From the IMG/VR virus record IMGVR_UViG_3300045594_000116, positions 165,509 through 229,508 of that record: DNA of 64,000 nt. One strand, 5' to 3'. The DNA is from a virus. Its lineage: Duplodnaviria > Caudoviricetes. The notes beneath the pieces were generated by a model. The model did not search any database, was not told the origin of the DNA, and saw only the letters and a list, made by a program, of their open reading frames with translations. Positions within the stretch are counted from its first letter, which is position 1; every line of letters starts with the position of its first letter. This document shows, one piece after another, positions 59,616-64,000 of the stretch. The position numbers were made by a program, and so were the translations under genes.

Positions 59616-60533
59616 TCAACCTTTGAAACCGTTGTTGATGTCCGGGCTCTTAACAGTCGTTGCCTTCTGTTCAGTTTTACCCTGGGCAGCAGTTGTTGCC
59701 GGACCCTGTTCCGGAACTACATAACCTACGCCGTTACCAGCTACAGGTGCACCGTAGTTGATTGCCGGAGCCTGACCCATCATCATACCCATACCCATTG
59801 CAGGATTCATTGCACCCTGCTGAGCCATCTGCTGCTGTGGCGGTGCCTGCATCATCGGGTTCATCATGCCCATACCCATCGGTGCCTGCTGAGCCATCTG
59901 CTGCTGCTGTGCCTGCATAGCCTGCTGCTGCTGAAGCACCATGCTCGGATTCATCATACCGCCCATTCCCATGTTTCCACCGAACGGACCATAGAGATTC
60001 TGCCAAGCCATCATAGCCTGATTGCCAGCGCCATAGCTCTGTACACCAGTGTTTACGCCACCAATGCGCTCGAAATACTTCTTTGCATATGCATAGAAGC
60101 TCGGGATCTTCTTGATGAAGCCGCTGATGAGATACAGGTTGCGACCAACATCTTCCGGAATAGCACCATACATCAGTTTGATGCTCTGGAAGATATCATT
60201 GAAGTTCGAGCAGGTGTTCTCGATCTCTTCCATAGAGATACCGTCACCAGTCTCGATCAGATGGAAGTTCTCGCCGCAGATGCTGCAAGTAACCGAACCA
60301 TCTTCCTGCTGCTCGAGGCAGATAGCGCCAGTGCGTGCATCCTTATGCGTGCACAGTGCTTTCAATCCTTCTTCTTTAGTCAGACGACCAGAGAATTCCG
60401 GATTCTTCTTGCGGAGCTGATCCTGCTCGTCAGCAGACAGAAGCTGACGCATCTGAATCTTTTCCGGGGCCTGCTGCATCTGATTTGCATAACCCATGAA
60501 ACCGTTGTACCCGTTGTTGAAATTGTTGAACAT
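59616..60533 (-). CDS. Early protein with Zn-binding domain and Q/M/G/N-rich low-complexity C-terminus
   Basis: CTH...CSICG motif and QQQQAMQAQQQQMAQQAPMGMGMM repeats. RBS GGGAGG, promoter at 60608. Confidence 0.8.
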   Translation of the reverse strand: MFNNFNNGYNGFMGYANQMQQAPEKIQMRQLLSADEQDQLRKKNPEFSGRLTKEEGLKALCTHKDARTGAICLEQQEDGSVTCSICGENFHLIETGDGISMEEIENTCSNFNDIFQSIKLMYGAIPEDVGRNLYLISGFIKKIPSFYAYAKKYFERIGGVNTGVQSYGAGNQAMMAWQNLYGPFGGNMGMGGMMNPSMVLQQQQAMQAQQQQMAQQAPMGMGMMNPMMQAPPQQQMAQQGAMNPAMGMGMMMGQAPAINYGAPVAGNGVGYVVPEQGPATTAAQGKTEQKATTVKSPDINNGFKG

Positions 60534-60665
60534 TTGTTGTTTCCTCCCCTTAGCTAAGGTTGTTAATTTATCCAGGATTACCAAATGGCAATCCTGAATA
60601 TCACACTTATAATATATACTTACTTTTATGTTTAAGCAGTATATTTTTTGACATTTGAAAACCTA

Positions 60666-61217
60666 TTAATCTTTAGGTTTTGCTCCATCTGGCCACTCAT
60701 AGGCGCCAAACTTCTGATCCTGAATCTGAACCTTGTTATCTTTCTGATCGATAAGCCAGTTCTGATCAGTTCTATTAAACCAGTGTTTGATAAGCAGTGG
60801 TTTCTTATCAGCAGTGATAATATTTCTAGCTATCAAGCTATCCAAATACTGCTCAAACTGAGGACGCGTTGGATGGAAGCTCATCTGCTGAATCTGATCA
60901 TAGTCTGCACAGCTAACCATAACAGGCGTAGCTACACTACTAATGCCAGACATAGGAATGGTGCTAACATTTCCTCGCGTCGGAGACTCAAACCAAATGA
61001 CGCACTTATTGGCATCATCCCAGAAGAATTCACTGATGTTACCCTCGATGCCGTGTTCATTGTCAAGACGAATGTAAATCGACGGAGTTCTTAACTCGAA
61101 CAGCGGATTCCCTTTTGCGTCTAATTTTTGCTTTGAAGTGTTTTCGTCTATAATCGGAATCTTCACTGTAAGCTTCGCTATATCCGCTAAGTTTTTGTGA
61201 ATGAGATCTAATTCCAT
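60666..61217 (-). CDS. Hypothetical protein
   Basis: RBS AAGGTGG before ATG 61217. Confidence 0.75.
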   Translation of the reverse strand: MELDLIHKNLADIAKLTVKIPIIDENTSKQKLDAKGNPLFELRTPSIYIRLDNEHGIEGNISEFFWDDANKCVIWFESPTRGNVSTIPMSGISSVATPVMVSCADYDQIQQMSFHPTRPQFEQYLDSLIARNIITADKKPLLIKHWFNRTDQNWLIDQKDNKVQIQDQKFGAYEWPDGAKPKD

Positions 61218-61534
61218 TATCTTTTCCACCTTTCTCTTGGTAATCTTTTGGTATATTCAATACCGTAATTCCTACTCCACCTTCTGACACAATGAGAATA
61301 AAGTTTCCATACACTCTCAAATCATATCCAGGCTTACTAATACTACACAAGTATCTAAACAAAGATTCCTTCTTTTGTTCACGAACCTGATTTAGCGTTA
61401 GACCCTTGTTATAGAATTTCTGGATGAAGCGCTTATGAGCTCTCTTAGGAATACCTACACGCATGTGTATTCTTTTTGATAGGTGGGTAGTCTCGACTGC
61501 ATCTTTGTCGTCAAAACTCTGGCTCTTTTTCCAT
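61217..61534 (-). CDS. Small basic protein with apparent compensating indels (core THLSKRIHMRVGIPK...RVYGNFILIVS)
   Basis: The RBS-linked start and the TAATG stop-start overlap share one frame, while the coding core is in another. Confidence 0.5.
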
Positions 61535-61604
61535 AGCCATCATCACTCTCCGATCAAAAAAAATAAAATGGGATAGCATACATCTATCCCACTTTACCTA
61601 ATTG

Positions 61605-62057
61605 TTAAACCGCGTATCTGAACGGCTTAATATTATTCATCATGATTGTAAGAATACTAATATCTCCAGTAGCCATAATAGCATTCAATCCATCATCAAT
61701 GATCGAGTAAGCCTGAAGGCTTTCTCTATCCGCACGCTCGATATCCTGAAACAACGGATCAGCCGCATTAGCCGGGAGATTCAACTTTATCAACTCAAGC
61801 CCATTGCAATGAGTCATATAATAGAACCTCTTCTGCCATGAAGCATTCTTCAGGATCGTAATAAAGTTACCATCCAAGAAGTATCTGCCATGCTTTTCCA
61901 CATTCAAATTGCCATGAGCAATATCTTTGAATAGGAAGTGGCTCTTTTTCATGATATCATTCGGACGAACTTTAGTCATAAAGTCCTCACCGAAATCTCT
62001 TATCATGTTGTCAAAAAACATGGAACCACGTTTCTTTTGCTGCATAGGTCTACCCAC
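61605..62057 (-). CDS. Hypothetical protein
   Basis: GTG start after AAGGAG. Confidence 0.75.
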   Translation of the reverse strand: MGRPMQQKKRGSMFFDNMIRDFGEDFMTKVRPNDIMKKSHFLFKDIAHGNLNVEKHGRYFLDGNFITILKNASWQKRFYYMTHCNGLELIKLNLPANAADPLFQDIERADRESLQAYSIIDDGLNAIMATGDISILTIMMNNIKPFRYAV

Positions 62058-62069
62058 TGTTATCGCTCC

Positions 62070-62486
62070 TTATTTCAAATTAAGTTCTTTGTTGTACTTC
62101 TCATCGAGTTCTTCATCCGTGATATCGTAGTTGTCTTTGATAAACGATACGAAATCTTCGAATGTGAAGTCGAATTCTGATTCCATCTTTTCATCAAGCA
62201 CATCCTGTTCCTGACAGAACCGAATGAACGTGAACGGACTCCATGCCTGACGAATCAATGCGGATTCAGAGATTACATAGCAATCATCCAACTCTAAATC
62301 TTGCAAATTTGCAAAGAAGAAGTCGATAACATCATGTTTACCAGTCATCAATCTCCACTCTGTAGCAGCTGTATTATCAGCCCATGTAATCAATACCAAA
62401 TAATGCTTTTCAGGATTAGCATTAATCACCTCTTTAGTTACTGGGTCTACGATGTGCATTACATTTTTCTTTTCTTCGATTAACAT
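62070..62486 (-). CDS. Acidic early hypothetical protein
   Basis: RBS AAGGAGAG, promoter at 62542. Confidence 0.75.
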   Translation of the reverse strand: MLIEEKKNVMHIVDPVTKEVINANPEKHYLVLITWADNTAATEWRLMTGKHDVIDFFFANLQDLELDDCYVISESALIRQAWSPFTFIRFCQEQDVLDEKMESEFDFTFEDFVSFIKDNYDITDEELDEKYNKELNLK

Positions 62487-62554
62487 TTCAACACTCTCCT
62501 TATAATAGTTATTAGATTGAGTACGCATACTCTATCATAGCTATAATATATAAC

Positions 62555-63751
62555 TCAATAATATTTAGGTTTATGGATTATATACCAACAGCTTCTAGAG
62601 AAGCGAGTAATACCAGTATAGTTTAGATTCTTATTTATATCAGGATGCAGGAATTCCTCAAAATACATTCCCTTTACATACTGAGAACCCTGTGAGATAT
62701 GAGTAGTAATAGCATAAGCATATTCGAACTTTTCACCATTGCTATATGGAAGTTTCTTAATCATATCTTTCTCATGACGATTAGCCATGAGATATCTATA
62801 GTCACAATCTAATCCCCTGAATACACCCTGAAACATATCCGGGGAGAAATCGATAGCATAAGTTTTACCAGTAAATTTGGTTATATCAGGGAAGTTGGCA
62901 ACTGTACCTATTAATCCATTAGCTAGATTAATGCCATCGCAATCGATCTTCCAATTGTTCTTACGGCATATCATTCTTTCCCCGTGCTGTGGTAATTGAC
63001 TATGAAAGTTCAACAGCTTTTCTCTAATATAGCGATTAAACTTCTCTCTAGTATCATTCTTACCACAGATGACAATGTTGGAATTCATTATCATGCTATC
63101 CCATATTTCAGAATCATACATAACGCATACATTACCATACCATCCCGGTTTGAGCTTATGCCCTTTAAGAAGTTCATGTGCAAAGTATACTATAGCATTA
63201 TTCTCTGCTTGCCTCATAATCTGTCTAAGATAGTGTATCTCTCCAGAATATAAGAATGCAGGTTTATCAGCTACAGGAGGTAGCTGATTAAGATCTCCAG
63301 ATACTATTATCTTAAGCCCAAATGATAATAGATCTGGCAGCATATGGGATGGTACAAAACTTGCCTCATCTATGATAATGAGTTTCTTATTGTATCCAAG
63401 CGATTGTCTTCTAACAAATATGATTTTCTTTTTAGGACGGTTAAGCTTTGGGTCCATATTAGAATAATCATTTACAAGCTTAGGCTCATACATCCAAGAA
63501 TGTATGGTTTTAGCATTAGTTAGTCCCTTAAGGCGCATAACAATAGCAGCCGCTCCAGTATATGCCATAGGGCAAGTTTGATCTACAGTGAGACCTATAC
63601 TCTCTACTATTGCATTGAGTACAACAGACTTACCGGTTCCAGCTGCTCCTGAAATCTGAAAGATTTGTTCTGGGCTATTAAAAAAGAAAGACACTGCCGC
63701 ATTAACAGTGTCTCTCTGGTCATCATTAAGCTGTATAGCCATTTTAACCAT
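62555..63751 (-). CDS. SF1B helicase (Dda/RecD2-like)
   Basis: GAAGTGKS, TIHS, IIDEAS, GDLNQLPPV, IMRQ, YAITTHISQG and YTGITR motifs. Confidence 0.92.
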   Translation of the reverse strand: MVKMAIQLNDDQRDTVNAAVSFFFNSPEQIFQISGAAGTGKSVVLNAIVESIGLTVDQTCPMAYTGAAAIVMRLKGLTNAKTIHSWMYEPKLVNDYSNMDPKLNRPKKKIIFVRRQSLGYNKKLIIIDEASFVPSHMLPDLLSFGLKIIVSGDLNQLPPVADKPAFLYSGEIHYLRQIMRQAENNAIVYFAHELLKGHKLKPGWYGNVCVMYDSEIWDSMIMNSNIVICGKNDTREKFNRYIREKLLNFHSQLPQHGERMICRKNNWKIDCDGINLANGLIGTVANFPDITKFTGKTYAIDFSPDMFQGVFRGLDCDYRYLMANRHEKDMIKKLPYSNGEKFEYAYAITTHISQGSQYVKGMYFEEFLHPDINKNLNYTGITRFSRSCWYIIHKPKYY

Positions 63752-63763
63752 GTCCTTTGTGAG

Positions 63764-64000
63764 TTATTTCATATCTATAGCTTTAAGCTGCATGAACTCA
63801 GGAGGTGCTGACCCATCAAGAATATAGATGATATCCATATATTTCAACGCATCTCTATAATACTCATTTCCAGCATAACTAGTTCCATCCATAAACTTGA
63901 TTTCTGCAAATCCTAAAGTGTTAAGCTTCTTAGAACTAATAGACAGAGTCAAGATGTCCGTATCTTCATCCATATACATTTCAACGTACTGATTTACCAA
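63764..64000 (-). CDS. Hypothetical protein, truncated by the window edge
   Basis: Open frame running off the end of the window. Confidence 0.55.
   Translation of the reverse strand: MVNQYVEMYMDEDTDILTLSISSKKLNTLGFAEIKFMDGTSYAGNEYYRDALKYMDIIYILDGSAPPEFMQLKAIDMK

Noticed and set aside
1-64000. Bacterial chromosome or prophage origin (gyrA/B, recA, ligA, ftsZ-like genes)
   Set aside because: The genes are highly divergent, the RNAP and PolB are split, and they are interleaved with virion genes. No ribosomal or metabolic operons or integrase are present.

Overview
This window is a segment of a jumbo myophage genome of the phiKZ/AR9(PBS1)-like type. The host is probably a Bacillota (Firmicutes), inferred from strong GGAGG ribosome-binding sites and a GH73 glucosaminidase. 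Recognisable core genes include tail sheath, tail tube, portal, the N-terminal half of a split family-B DNA polymerase, SbcC/Rad50, NAD-dependent ligase, RecA/UvsX, a tubulin/PhuZ, GyrA/GyrB-type topoisomerase, dUTPase, dCMP deaminase, a DHH phosphoesterase and a Dda/RecD-like helicase. Four fragments of two separate split multisubunit RNA polymerases are also present. Two promoter classes can be read from the sequence: ATATATTATA (about 18 copies, all on the minus strand, putatively early) and (A/G)ACA-N6-TA (AR9 late-like, upstream of virion genes). The best candidate for an undescribed system is a DIP1984-like coiled-coil gene (13994-14662) followed directly by a ~440-nt ORF-free element (13543-13983). 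The ends of this element base-pair, and it contains stacked hairpins, a tRNA-like module with an abnormal anticodon arm and a 7-8-nt periodic TAA repeat tract, suggesting a protein plus large ncRNA unit. Other notable items are two tandem Tad1-family anti-defence sponge genes, a duplicated promoter-hairpin-RBS cassette driving unrelated micro-ORFs, frameshifted SPRY-like paralogs, tandem C-type-lectin-like proteins and a possible sliding clamp. All family assignments come from motif recognition by eye, not database searches.
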